Part shown: piece by piece, positions 27,954-41,849 of the stretch
Numbering within the stretch: position 1 is the first letter of the stretch
Layout of the letters: every line of letters begins with the position of its first letter
NCBI RefSeq assembly: GCF_009914755.1
Contig: NC_060926.1
DNA: 64,000 nt
Direction: 5' to 3' (one strand)
From: the human T2T-CHM13v2.0 reference genome, Homo sapiens
Translations under genes and position numbers: made by a program
Notes under the pieces: generated by a model
Told to the model about the DNA's origin: nothing
What the model saw: only the letters and a program-made list of their open reading frames with translations
Databases searched by the model: none

Positions 27954-29423
27954 TCAGGCATGAATCTTTTCTGATATTAACAATGGTGCATTTCAAGTAC
28001 ACAAGCTGATGATGAATAAAATCCCATTTTATACACATACGTGCATGCTCTTCCAGCCTTCATAGACGTGGGGTGGATGGTGGAGGACTCCAGGGCAATG
28101 CCCAGCAGGTGAATGGCAGGGCCACTTCCTAAGGGCCCAGGCATCTGGGCTTGGGCCCAGCTCCCCTGGCTCCAGCATGAATGCCTTTCCTCCCACTTCT
28201 GGCCCCTGGACTGGCCAGATGGTGAGTGAGGGAACCACTTACAACCATCAGCAGGCAGGCCACGGTGGAGCCTCAGAGGGACATCTGCAGAAGGACTTAT
28301 TTTTACCAAAGAGCTGTTCTGAAAACCCACTCAGCATCTGCACTGTCCGAATGGGATCTGATTGTGCTGGGTCTGTGTACTCATTCCTGCACTTCTCCAA
28401 ATTTGTAGGAATTTTTTTTTTAAAACACAGAAAAGTTGGAAGAATAGTCTAATAATATACTCCTCATCCATATTCAATTACTAATATTTTAATATATTTA
28501 TCTTTGTGTTTTGTTCTTGCTGATTATTAAAAATCATTTGCAAAATTCAGGAATTTTAACCTCAAACATGTCAAACTGTCTGCCACATCAGGAAGTCCCA
28601 TTATTCATGAGCTGAGTTTTTCACTTAAGAGAGTAACTCACAGACTTCTCTGTTTTTAACCATATGTATATATATATTTTTTGCCAATAGTAACTGTTAG
28701 ACAGCATGAAAATATCCTACCAACAATTTTTGCTTAATAGCTTTAGCATTTAATGATGATCCTTCTGAGTCAATTATTTCATTGAACCTGGAAAAATGGT
28801 GATTTTTGTATTACATTTTTAATGACCTTTCTCCAAAGAAGAATAGCTTTTCCTCATCAACTATAGAGACACTGTGGTTCCTCTTAAAATGAAAGGTGAA
28901 TGATTAATTCTCTCTTGAATCGCCAATTTTCACAGTAAGGAATCGTGTTTTGATCTCTTCCAGTGGGGGCAATCAAGCCATGTTTGTCTCTTCCTCTCAC
29001 TTGCTTTCTCTGTAATTTTTTGAGTATTATTACATATACATGGTGCACTACAGTCAGTTACGGTAGCTACTATCTTTGACAGTTAAATAGACCCAAATGT
29101 GATTAGTAGGAGGTTCAAGCTGGTTTCTGTATCTTGTTGACCTGCACCCATAAAAGTCTGTTGATCAGTAGCTCCTTTTGTTTGATAATAAAAAATATCT
29201 CAAGCACGCTCTCATAATACTTTGCTGAATCCAGAAATGGCATGCCCCATTTTCCAAGGAGATATATTGCTTTTTAAAATCCATCATTTTAACAGGGTAT
29301 TTGGAAACCAAAAGCTTGCAGGGACATTTTCTGGACACATCAAGCAAATATATTTTAAAATTTTGTTTAAATATATTTTTTAATATTTTACTCAAATTTG
29401 ATATAACTTATTTTTTGCCTTGA

Positions 29424-29756
<333 letters not shown>

Positions 29757-29894
29757 TGAATTTTGTTTTATGTGCTTTTTTTTTTTTTTTTTTTTTTAGT
29801 GAAAACATAAGCTCCTAATAATCCTATCATGCTAAATTACTTATTCTATGTGTACATGATACATTTTCAAAATTTTAGTACACTAGTTACACGT

Positions 29895-30028
29895 GAACTA
29901 GTACAGCCACTGTGGAGAAGAGTATGGAGGTTCCTCATAAAGTTATGAATAGAGCACAGAGGTGAACTGAAAACTATGAATTGAGCCAGTGTTCCCATTA
30001 CTGGGCATTTATCCGAAGGAAAGGAAAT
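29895..30028 (+). mobile_element. Short L1 (L1MA/L1PB-like) ORF2 3' fragment
   Basis: gtacagccactgtggagaagagtatggaggttcctc...cccattactgggcatttatccgaaggaaaggaaatc. Confidence 0.7.
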
Positions 30029-30500
30029 CCTGCGCTCCTGTGAATCCCTAGGTTCTTGCAAGTCCCTGATTTCCTGTGAGTCCCTGCGTTCCCATGAATC
30101 CCTTTGTTCCCATAAATTCCTTTGTTTTTGTGAGCCCCTGTGTTCCCGTGAATCCTTGCGCTCACGTGAACCACCTGTGTTCCCGTGAGCCTGTGCGTTC
30201 CCGTGAATCCCTGCATTCCCGTGAGGACCTGCGTTCTCAGGAGCCTCTGCGTTCTCGTTAGCCTCTGCATTGCCGTGAATCTGAGTTCCCATGATTGCCT
30301 GAGTTCCCATGAGTCCCTGAGTTCCCGTGAGTCCCTGAGTTCCCGAGTCCCTGAGTTCCCGTGAGTCCTTGCATTCCCGTCAGTCCCTGAGTTCCCCTGA
30401 ATCCCTGAGTTCCTGTGATTCCGAGTTTCTGATTCCCTGTGTTCCTCTGAGTCCCTGTATCCTCGAGTATTCCTGTACCCTTGTGAAGCCCCCGAGTTTT
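30029..30500. repeat. Degenerate minisatellite VNTR3, ~18-bp unit with a 9-bp sub-period
   Basis: Consensus approximately gttcccgtga[g/a]tccctg[a/c], about 25 imperfect copies. Confidence 0.9.
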
Positions 30501-31832
30501 TGTGCATACTTGCCTAGTACATGGCAAGTGATCAGGTACATTTTTTATTAATAAGGGATTGCATTGGGATTGGTGATTATCAAAATGGGTCAGTGCTAAA
30601 TAGTGAATTTTCCCTCTGTCATTTCTTCTTTCCCCCTTCCATGAGAATCTCCTTGTGTAGCTGAGAAGCTGCAGTTAACATTGTAGCATCTTGATAGCGA
30701 ATATAAATCCATAGACCTTGAGAAACAAGGCCTAGGGACTGTCGTCTGGAGAGTTAAGATTTACTTTAAGAAACAAGAGAAGATAAAGGAGATAAATGGC
30801 TTCAGCCAGTTGGCCAGGGTAGGAGGATGTGAGACTGGCAGCAAATGAGAGTCTCCCAGGCACACACAAGCCTCTGAGCTGCTACAAGTGGGAGACACCA
30901 GGAAAGAGGATTTTTTAATGTGGTTCAGAAATAAATCCTTTTTGACTTTACATTTAACCCACTATCAGTAGATATTCACATAGGTTTTTTTTTTTTTAAT
31001 TTTATTTTCTGGCCCGTGTCTTGAGGAGAGAATTAGTCTGGGCCCATGTTATTTATCCTGTTTGAAATGAGGGATTTGAGTAATCACCCCCCAGCCTGGC
31101 CTGGACGGTCACTTTACTCTTGGGCCATCTCCTTCTCTTGGCAGCAGTAGAAGGATGTGGCTCCAAGATTGTGTTTTCTCCTGTAGTGTGAGGTGAGTGG
31201 CCATGACATTGGGCTGAATTGATGCTGTGTTGGAGGCTGGATGGTGGTAAATCTATTTTTATTTAAATTTTCTGCAGTCAGAATGTGCAAATAGTTGATG
31301 TTGTCTTTATTTTCCATCACTGAGATAAAAGGCCTGACTTATTTTGTTAACATGGAGGAACATAAGTTTTATACTTAAATGGGTAATAGGTTATTATTAT
31401 TATTTTTATTTATGGTTTCATCGTCGAACATTTTTATGTTGTGGACAGTGTCAATTCTTGCCTTTGTGGGCCCACTCAGACCTGCCTGGTCAGCCCTTGC
31501 AAGGACACTCGCGTTGCCCAGCCCTGGCTCCGTCACTGTGCCACTGTCAGCACATCTGCACCCCGCGTAGTCTGGGGACATTTAGACAGCCTTAGGCTCA
31601 ATGTCAAGTGGATCCAGAACCTCGGCAGTCTGCAAGGAGAGTTGTGTGTGTGCCATCGATGTCCGCTTACACCAGGTCCGGCTGCAGGCTGCTCTTGGAC
31701 CTCCTTGTCCTTGACTGGGACTGAAGACGCACACCTGAAAGCTTTCCACGGATGAGCAACGTTACATGGAGTATCCACTGACAATGTGGAAAAACTGGTG
31801 TGTGCTTTACACCAGTAATAACTCATCTAGAA

Positions 31833-32022
31833 CAGGGGTTGGCGAACCTTTCTGTGCAGTGCGAGATGGTGATATTTATTTGTGATTCTGTGGCAACAAC
31901 AGTCCTGCCCTCGTGGAGGGGAAGTGGCTGCGGTAGACATGGGTATGGAATGGATGGTGCCTGCCAGGGAAGCTTCGTGGCACCACAGGGGCCTCCCAGA
32001 TTCAATCCGTGGGCCACAGATT
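31833..32022 (+). mobile_element. MER58A-like hAT element
   Basis: Starts caggggttggcgaacctttctgt and ends ccgtgggccacagattg. Confidence 0.65.
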
Positions 32023-32223
32023 GAAAATGAAGCAGAAAAAGATATTTATTTGAAAAATCGTAATACTAAAAGTGAGGGACCAATATGAAGAAAACAAATA
32101 TTTAAATAAATATAAAACTTAACTAAGCCATACATGATGTGATGTGACAGAAGGTTATTATTTATTTTTTGTATAAGTGAAATTATACTTTAAATATATT
32201 CTGATAAAAACATGAAGACTAAG

Positions 32224-32515
32224 TTTTTTTAGACAGGGTCTCCATCTGTTGCCCAGGCTGGAGTGCAGTGGCATGATCATGGCTCACTGTAGCCTTGGCC
32301 ACCTGGGCTCAAGCAGTCCTCCTGCTTCGGCTTCCTGAGTAGCTGGGACCACAGGCTCACGCCACCACACTTGGACAATTATTTTTTAAAATTGTTTGTA
32401 GAGGTGTGGTCTCACTATGTTGCTCAGGCTGTTCTTCAACTCCTGGGCTCAAGCGATTCTCCCACCTCACCCTCCAAAATGCTGGGATTACAGGCATGAG
32501 CCACCGTGCCCACCC
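32224..32515 (-). mobile_element. AluJ-like, antisense
   Basis: gacagggtctc...catgatcatggctcactgtagcc...ctgggctcaagcgattctcccacc. Possible short TSD aagacta. Confidence 0.9.
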
Positions 32516-33259
32516 AAGACTATTTTTAATGAAAATATTGATTCTGAAATTTACCTGCAATAATGAAAAGATGAGAATTAATACCCAAGGCTCTTTGAAA
32601 AATAAAGTAATAAAGCAGTGACTTACACTAGCAAATGTCAAAACATTGTCAAGCAAGGTGGCACTGAGGTGACATAGGTAATACAGGTCCACATTGTGTA
32701 CTCTACCAAGAAATAAAAAGAAAGCAGAAACTAATACTTACAATATGATTACTTGTTAGTGCACTCTATGGGATAATGAAATAAATGGCAGGATATAATG
32801 TTAGTTATTTTGAAATATTGTCAAGATCTGCTACATACACTCTACATGGATTAGATAACTTATCTAAAAGATCAAAATATGAAACACCCCCACTCATACT
32901 GCCAAAATCAAACTATGTTCCCCACCAGAACACTGAAGGGATGTTGTAGAGCTTAACAGAAAGAGTAGATCCAAGTTCTTGCCTCAGTGTTTTCCCCTAG
33001 GGATGATGAGTAATGCACGGTCTGAGTAGTGCTTGAGCAGGAAGAAGCATGCCATCCCAGCTGGGAGCAACTTCAAGAGACTCATGGAATAGAACAAGGG
33101 CCCGGTTGGTAAACATAGCACAGGACGGGGTGAGGGTGGCAGGAGATATGGGTGCATGGAATCCAGGCAGGGCAGCCACACAGGGACTTCTGCATGCAGG
33201 AGATGGCTGTGGACCTGTGCGGCACTTCTAGAATTCCTATGATGAGAAGAGCATGGGGG

Positions 33260-33700
33260 ATTCGCTTCCCATGGCTGCTGTTTTTTACTGCAGAGCACAA
33301 ACTTAATATTTTTAGTTCTGGAGGTAGGAAGTCTAAAATGGGTTGCACTAGGCTAAAATCAAGGTATCGGCAGGACTGCGTTCTTTCTGGAAATTCTGGA
33401 GGGCAATCTGTTTCCTCTGGATTCTAGAGACTGCCTGTGCGCCTTGGCTCCTGGCTACGTCCTCCATCTTCACATCATCTTCACAGCCAGCGGTGCAGCG
33501 TCTCCAAATCTCACTGTGACCCTGGCCCTCCTGTCCCCTCTCTGCCTTATGGAGGCCCCTGTGATGACACTGGGCCCTCTGGGTCATCCGGGATGACCCC
33601 CATCTCACAAGCCTGAGTCTCATCTGCAATGTCCCCCTGCTATGTGACATTCACAGGCTCTGCAGATGTGGATATTTTTGTGGGGGCCTTTGCCTAACAT
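33260..33700 (-). mobile_element. MLT1 (MLT1C-like) MaLR LTR
   Basis: tagttctggaggtaggaagtctaaaatggg...ggctaaaatcaaggtatcggcaggactgcgttc...gacattcacaggctctgcagatgtggatatttttg. Confidence 0.8.
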
Positions 33701-33707
33701 AGACAGC

Positions 33708-33732
33708 ATCATTCATTCATTCATTCATTCAT
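33708..33732. repeat. (CATT)n microsatellite
   Basis: cattcattcattcattcattcat. Confidence 0.9.
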
Positions 33733-35066
33733 GAGACCCTGAGACTGGTCAACCGCATTTGAGAGATTTGAAAATTTGGGCTCTGCAGGAATAATTGACT
33801 TGCTGAACTAGTTGTTAAGCCCAGGAGTTTTAAGTCAGCATTACAAACTAATTTGGCATTTTGTTTTGTTTTGTTGCATGTTTATAGAAGTTAAAATGCA
33901 TTCTTTAAAACCAGTCCAAATGTAATGAGTAATTTTAATATGAATTGTTAATCAGTTTCTGGAAAAGCAAGCAGCTTTGTTTGTTACTGGATAATTTTGA
34001 AAAGTTTGTTGTTGTTGTTGATTTTCCCAGTGCTCCAACACCAGATGCAGACACGTGTCTTTTAATTGAACCCCACTCTAGCATTGTTTTATGGTAATTC
34101 AGGATTATTAATCAGACTCTCAATTGGCGTTCCTCTTCAGCACTTAGCGTGAACACTGAAGAACACGCAGGGGAGAGGACTTGTTCTCCTCCTTCCAAAT
34201 TTTATGCAGTTTTTGGCATTAATTCAGAATCTGCTATTCAGTGCATAAAGAACTCATTAGAGTTACCAGTACAGGGAATTAGCCCTCTGACAATAGTTTT
34301 AGGAAATTATAAGATGTCATTTGCCAACATCCAAAAACACAAATAAATAAAACTGCTAGGAAAAAAAGTGAGGGAGATATCATTGTACGGGCTAGAGTTT
34401 TGAGATTAAATATTCATGGATGGCTCTTCGTGTTTTCCTAGGCATGAAATTGTTGACAACCCTGCACTCACCCAGCATGTCTCATTCTCCCGAGTAGCCT
34501 TGTGCATGGAATGGAGCTCAGGAAACAACCCTCGGAATAACCCACTTGCTCTGCCTTTTAAAAATACCCCGATTCCACCTCTGTCTCCCATGGCAAATGG
34601 TCTGAGTGCCATCCTCTCTCACTGGGTGAATGCAGGAGCCCCCTCCTGCCCTTGGCCTGCCCTTCCTCTTCCTGCTCTTTGCCTCCTCCTTTTGCCTGTG
34701 GCCTCCCCCTGCCCTTGGCCTCCTTCTCTCCTGACTTAGTGTCTGCACAGCAGCCTTGCTGATTTACTGTCTGCACTCCTTGGCTTAGTATCTGCATAGC
34801 AGACAGAGTGGTTCTTCCACAGTAACTTGGCTCAGCCTCCATCGTGCTGCCCTTGCTCCCTTGTGTGATGCTGGGAGCCCCTCCATCCTGGCCACTCTTG
34901 CTGCTGCAGTTAGTTCTCTGTGTCCCGTGACTCTTTTCCATGTGCTTCTTGCACACCCTAAAAACAGCTCTCCCCTACATCTGCTCACTGCCTGCACCCT
35001 GGAGAGAACAGGGATCTCGTCTGCTTGTTTCCTGGAGATGCTCCCGGGCCCACAGTGCTCCCTGGT

Positions 35067-36186
35067 CCCAGCAAGTAACTCATGCATCTCTGTTGAGTAA
35101 AGAGATAAGCAGGTGCGTCTGACCCACAGACACTACCCAGCAAGTAACTCATGCATCTCTGTTGTGTAAAGAGATAAGCAGGTGTATCATTGAAGGTGTG
35201 TCTGACCCACAGACACTACCCAGCAAGTAACTCATGCATCTCTGTTGAGTAAAGAGATAAGCAGGTGCGTCTGACCCACAGACACTACCCAGCAAGTAAC
35301 TCATGCATCTCTGTTGAGTAAAGAGATAAGCAGGTGCATCACTGAAGGTGCGTCTGACCCACAGTCACTATCCAGCAAGTAACTCATGCATCTCTGTTGA
35401 GTAAAGAGATAAGCAGGTGCATCACTGAAGGTGCGTCTGGCCCACAGACACTACCCAGCAAGTAACTCATGCATCTCTGTTGAGTAAAGAGATAAGCAGG
35501 TGCATCACTGAAGGTGCGTCTGACCCACAGACACTACCCAGCAAGTAACTCATGCATCTCTGTTGAGTAAGTAGGTCAGCAGGTGCATCATTGAAGATGC
35601 GTCTGACCCACAGACACTACCCAGCAAGTAACTCATGCATCTCTGTTGAGTAAAGAGATAAGCAGGTGCATCACTGAAGGTGCGTCTGACCCACAGACAC
35701 TACCCAGCAAGTAACTCATGCATCTCTGTTGAGTAAAGAGATAAGCAGGTGCATCTGACCCACAGACACTACCCAGCAAGTAACTCATGCATCTCTGTTG
35801 AGTAAAGAGATAAGCAGGTGCATCATTGAAGGTGCGTCCGACCCACAGACACTACCCAGCAAGTAACTCATGCATCTCTGTTGAGTAAAGAGATAAGCAG
35901 GTGCATCATTGAAGGTGCCTCTGACCCACAGGCACTACTCAGCAAGTAACTCATGCATCTCTGTTGAGTAAAGAGATAAGCAGGTGCATCACTGAAGGTG
36001 CGTCTGACCCACAATCACTATCCAGCAAGTAACTCATGCATCTCTGTTGAGTAAAGAGGTAAGCAGGTGCATCACTGAAGGTGCGTCTGACCCACAGACA
36101 CTACCCAGTAAGTAACTCATGCATCTCTGTTGAGTAAAGAGATAAGCAGGTGCATCATTGAAGGTGCATCTGACCCACAGACACTA
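35067..36186. repeat. Minisatellite VNTR4, 14 units of 83 bp or 69 bp
   Basis: Unit cccagcaagtaactcatgcatctctgttgagtaaagagataagcaggtg(catcactgaaggtg)cgtctgacccacagacacta. The 69-bp units start at 35067, 35219 and 35703 and lack 14 bp between the aggtgc direct repeats. Confidence 0.98.
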
Positions 36187-39018
36187 AGCTCTGGCTGCAC
36201 ATCCTACGCTTACTGAACCTTTAGAAATACCTGGGTATTCACTGACTGCAGGTATCCTGATAGGGTAGCACCTGAATGGACATCTGTAGTGTTTAAAATC
36301 CCCACAGCTGGTTCCGAATGCTGGCTGAGAAGCTTCCTTCCTCGGGTCAGGCTCATTTCCCTCTAGACGGGAGGCCTGGTGTCAGTCACTTAAAATGTCC
36401 AAACCTTCTCAGCTTTCTCTTCTTTGAAAGGTCCAGAAACCCTCTGCTTTCCCTTCATGTGGATCTATCTTTCCTTATGCTTTACTCGAAAAGACTCTGG
36501 GTCTTACAACACTGAGTAGTTAGAACTCCAACACATTCCTGGTCCTCTCTGCCTCTGCATCTGTTTTCCAGGCAACCTCCTTTTTTTTTTTTTTTTTAAA
36601 TGCTAATCACATTTGCATGAAAGCCAGGGATTCTTCTCACCCTGCGCTTCTAAGCAGGATGGGTACTGTTCTGTTTGTGTGCATTTTTGTGCTATATTAC
36701 ACGCTTTTACAGTGAATTTGTATCTACTTTTTAATAGGACCAGGCCAGTTCTAGAGTCTAGAGTTTTTAGTAATGTGCTGTCCCATGTTCATCTCCAAGA
36801 GCAAAAGCCCTGCCACTGGCTCTTGGGAAATGTGGAGGCATGCACCTTCTGTCCAGGCTGGAGTGTGGCTTCAGGCAGGATCGGGAGGGGCTCCGGCGGC
36901 CTGGACAGCAGGCCCCCACGTTTCCGGGCTTTCCAGCAACCCCAGCCTACTTATCTTTATCTCCCCAAATCATATATCGAAAACCCCAGTTTATTTCTAT
37001 AAATAATTCATATTTACTTTTATGTTTCAACTTAGAATTGGTACGTTACCAAAAGTCTCAGCTAACTATAGGAGGCTAGTTTGATTTACAATTTTTAAAT
37101 GACTAAGAGGAGGTGGTAATTAACACAAAAAAGACTGATTTTCTTTGCAGGTGAGGGAGGTCAGGAAAATATATTGCAGTGGTACAAGAAATATACTTGA
37201 CACTTGATTAAACAAGCTATAACATGTCTAAATAAATTCACAGTGTCAGGTTTTGGTTTATTGCATTATTGAATAATAGTATCTAAGAATAATAAGACCC
37301 CTTGGTTATGCTGCTTGGTTATGCTTGAATAATTCCTTTTTGAAGGAAATTAAGAAATGGAATTTGGTCATTGTAGAAGTTTCCGCTAATCAGCAGTGTT
37401 GTCCTGATCAGTTGACACATGAGTTCTCCATAGTTCTGGCGTTACACCCTGAGACCATGCGTGAGAGCATGACCTTACACGTTCTGGTCCCGTCTCATTC
37501 CTTCCAGACTTAAGCTGCTGTCGCCGCCAAGGTGCACTCATTCTGGTGCCCCCTCAGTGCTCCTGTGCCATCTCATCCTCTGCTAAGTCAGCCCTGACTC
37601 TTCTTAGACCTTGATGCATGTCATTGGCAAGAGTCACCTTTCCAGAACCTTCAGTGGTGACCTTTTCTCAGTCATAAACCTACAGTGGCAGACCAAGTAA
37701 CTCACACCTGACCTCTTTCTAGTCAAGTACTCTGGCTTTCCCCTGTTAGGCATCATCTTACCTTTCACATCTTACGTTCCTGTATCATTTCCAGTGTTTT
37801 ACACTCTCGCTAAATAGAAGCTGTTGATGCAGAGTGACTCGGCAGCCATTCCCTTTCCCTGCATGCTGCCTCCTTCATCTCTTCTATCTACACCTTGAGT
37901 GGCTGCAGGTTGTCTTAGGGATGCTTCCTTGCCCCTTCGGAAGTGACCTTTCCTTCTTTTGTACATCGATCATAAATAACTTGTAGCTCTCATTGCATGC
38001 ACTGGTTGTTGCTTTAGCTGTTTGCATTTTCCTGTGTCACTGGCTGTATTTGATGCTGAACTTCTTGAGCTGTGCAGTCATGCCGCCTTCCACTGTGCCT
38101 GGTGCAGTGCGTGTGTTAGAGACGTGCTTCGTGCTTAGAAAGGAGGATTTCAGAGGAAACTGTGGGAGCCACTTGATCCCTGGGCCACATGATCTTAATT
38201 TCAAATGTAGCTGTGGTCAGACACAATTCAATTAAAAAAAGGGCAAGGGACACACAGAGACACTTGGCCTGTGATGACACATGGATGGTACAAACACACA
38301 ACAAGATGTACTTATTGGAGGCTGCTCACATGTGCAGCTGTGATTAAACAACACCGAGCTGTCCACACGTGTGCCAGTGAGCATTTGATGGTCAGCATTA
38401 TACTTTGGCCATGTCAGTCATGGCCTTTTCTCAGTCATAAACCTACAGTAGGTTAGGTGTTCCTGTCAGAGGCATGGTGAAGGGTACTGAGCACTGCTGT
38501 ACACTCATTTTCCATCTTCTCAAAAATCTACAATTATTTCAAAATAAGTAAAAATATGTTGGCAACATGTTATGTGTATTACATTGTATTCACCTTCTGG
38601 AACTTTCTCAAGTGTACCATAAAACTGTGCATTTACTGATTTCCTTTTTTCCTGTTGACAAAGGAAGAAATCCATGGTTCTGCTGCAGAAGAGCCACGTG
38701 CACCGATGACTATTCGTGTGACCCCAGATTCACTGATTTCCACTTTTATGAACTCTTTTAAGCTGCAGTTGTGAAATTCGAAGATACCAACATGTTGTAG
38801 GGATTATTCTTTAAGCAAGTGGTAGTTAGCTAGTTAGACAGGTTCTTAAGTAAAAACACCAATAAATACTTCTGTTCCAGTCTTGTATGGCAGAGTCTAT
38901 GAAAGCAAAGAGGTTCTGAGAGGAATCCCAAATTAGTGAATTTGCAGGCTCCAATATTGCATGAAACAGTGTGAAATTTAACATATTTTGAAATGTTTAC
39001 TTTAGGTAGCAAATATAA

Positions 39019-39935
<917 letters not shown>

Positions 39936-40684
39936 GTAGCTACTGACAGCATTGCTTGTGACAGGTGGAAGGGTGACCTGAAATGAAGCGTCATCAACAC
40001 CAAAGTGAAACAAGGGCAGGCAGGGCCCTAACAATGGAACAACGCTGCAGCGGGACCACGGGCTGGGGCACGGGAGCACGGCGCCTCATGATTGATATGA
40101 CCAAGAACTTCTTAAGCAAAACCGCAAAAGCCAAATAAGTAGGCCAGATTACACTGTACAGTGAAACACACAGTGAATAAATGTAACCGAGAAATGACAG
40201 ATTACAAAATGTTCCTGAAGTCTAAAAATGAAAACGAAACTACACACACGCACGCACATATATCAGGAATCTGTAGCAAATCTACAAGATAAATGAATAA
40301 GCCCAAATTTTAGATAGCCCAAAAATATAAACAGGTATAGGCAAGGGAACTCAGGTAATGGGTAATTGGGACACTTTCAATTGTTCCCTAACTTATTTGA
40401 TACATTTAAATTCACATAATGATAAGATATCCTTTATGCCCAAGATGTCTGCAAAAGTAAAATAAGAATCATGCCAAGAATTGGCCAGTTTCCTCATGTT
40501 TCTGAATTAAGAAGGACAACATGTAGTTTTCACCATTAAGTATATTATCTGTGGGTTGTTTGCAAATGCTCTTAAACAGTTTGAGTTAGTTACTTTGTAT
40601 CTACCTCATTGGTAGATACACCCTTGGTGTATTCCAATGTACCTCATTGGTAGATACATCAAGGGTGTATCTACCCTTGGTCAC

Positions 40685-41071
40685 TGTGTTAGATCATTCT
40701 TGTGTCACTATAAAGAAATAGCTGAGAAAAGAGGTTTATTTGGCTCACAGTTCTACAGGTTGTGCGAGCATGGCACTGACATCTGCCTAGATTCTGGGGA
40801 AGGCTCAGGAATCTTCCAATCGCGGCAGAATGCAAAGCTGGGGCAGTCATGTCACATGGTGGGAATGGAAGTGAGAGAGGGGAGAGATGTCACACACTTT
40901 TAAACAGTCACATCTTGAGAGGACTCACTCACTATTGCAAGAACAGCACCAAGAGGATGGCACTGAACCACTTACGAGAAATATGCACCCATGATCCAGT
41001 TGCCTCCGCCAGGTTCCATCTCCAACATTGGAGATGACACCTCAACATGAGATTTAGAGGAAACAGCATCC
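40685..41071 (-). mobile_element. MST-family (MSTB-like) MaLR solo LTR
   Basis: tgtgttagatcattcttgtgtcactataaagaaata...ggtttatttggctcacagttc...caacatgagatttagagg. Confidence 0.85.
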
Positions 41072-41849
41072 CAGTTGGTACTGTAGCCTCAGGCAATTGT
41101 GATGCTAAACAGTGGCCACTGACTGCTTTTGACAGATGCCCTGGGAGGGTGTTGTCCTGCAGAGGAAGCTCTGAGTCAGGTCAACAAAGACAAGTCCAGA
41201 GAGTAGAGCCTTCCAGGGGGTTGCTGGTCAGATCCAATTCTGACAGTTTTTTGGAGATGGGACTTTTGGAGAAACTCCACAAATGCCTGTCCCTTCTTCA
41301 AGGGCTGCTACGTTGCCTGTGGCACAGTTACTACAGCTGTGAGGCCACTGGTGTTGAAGGCTGCTGCAGAGCTGTGGAGACGGGGATGGAAACAGGGTAT
41401 GTTAAAATATCATAAAGCTTACTCTTCCCAGCGTTCAGATACTTTGCTTAGTAAAATCTCCTCTGATCACTGCTAGCCTTTGATCAACTTTTGGAGTCCT
41501 GAAAAAGTTGTGGCCAACAATTTTTGCCAGTCTGCTGTCTTGCTCTTGTGGAGGTCTGGATTGACCTTGGAGTAGAAGTTCCCTGTGGACCTGTGGACAG
41601 GCTTCTCATACCCAAGATTGAGATTACTGTGTTGTAGTCTACACTCACAGGCATTTTCACAAAGTAACTCAAGATTGTTTGGCTTAGTTACTGGTCCAGC
41701 CTGTGCTCCCTGCAATAACACATGAGTGTTTCCAGTTTCTTCCTAACCCCACCAGAAACTGATTTTTTTAAATGAATGTGTTAAGTATAGTGATTTCATA
41801 AAACTTGAAATATTATTTTCTTCTTTCTTGTTTTTTATTTCTCTTTCTT

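Noticed and set aside
29867-30527. Collagen-like Gly-X-Y ORFs (GTQGLTGMQGL, GNSGTHGNSG)
   Set aside because: A by-product of the 9/18-bp repeat period; frameshifted, proline-poor, and without splice or signal context.
35067-36186. CRISPR-like array (also considered for VNTR1 and VNTR2)
   Set aside because: Units are head-to-tail with no unique spacers, there are no cas genes, and the DNA is human.
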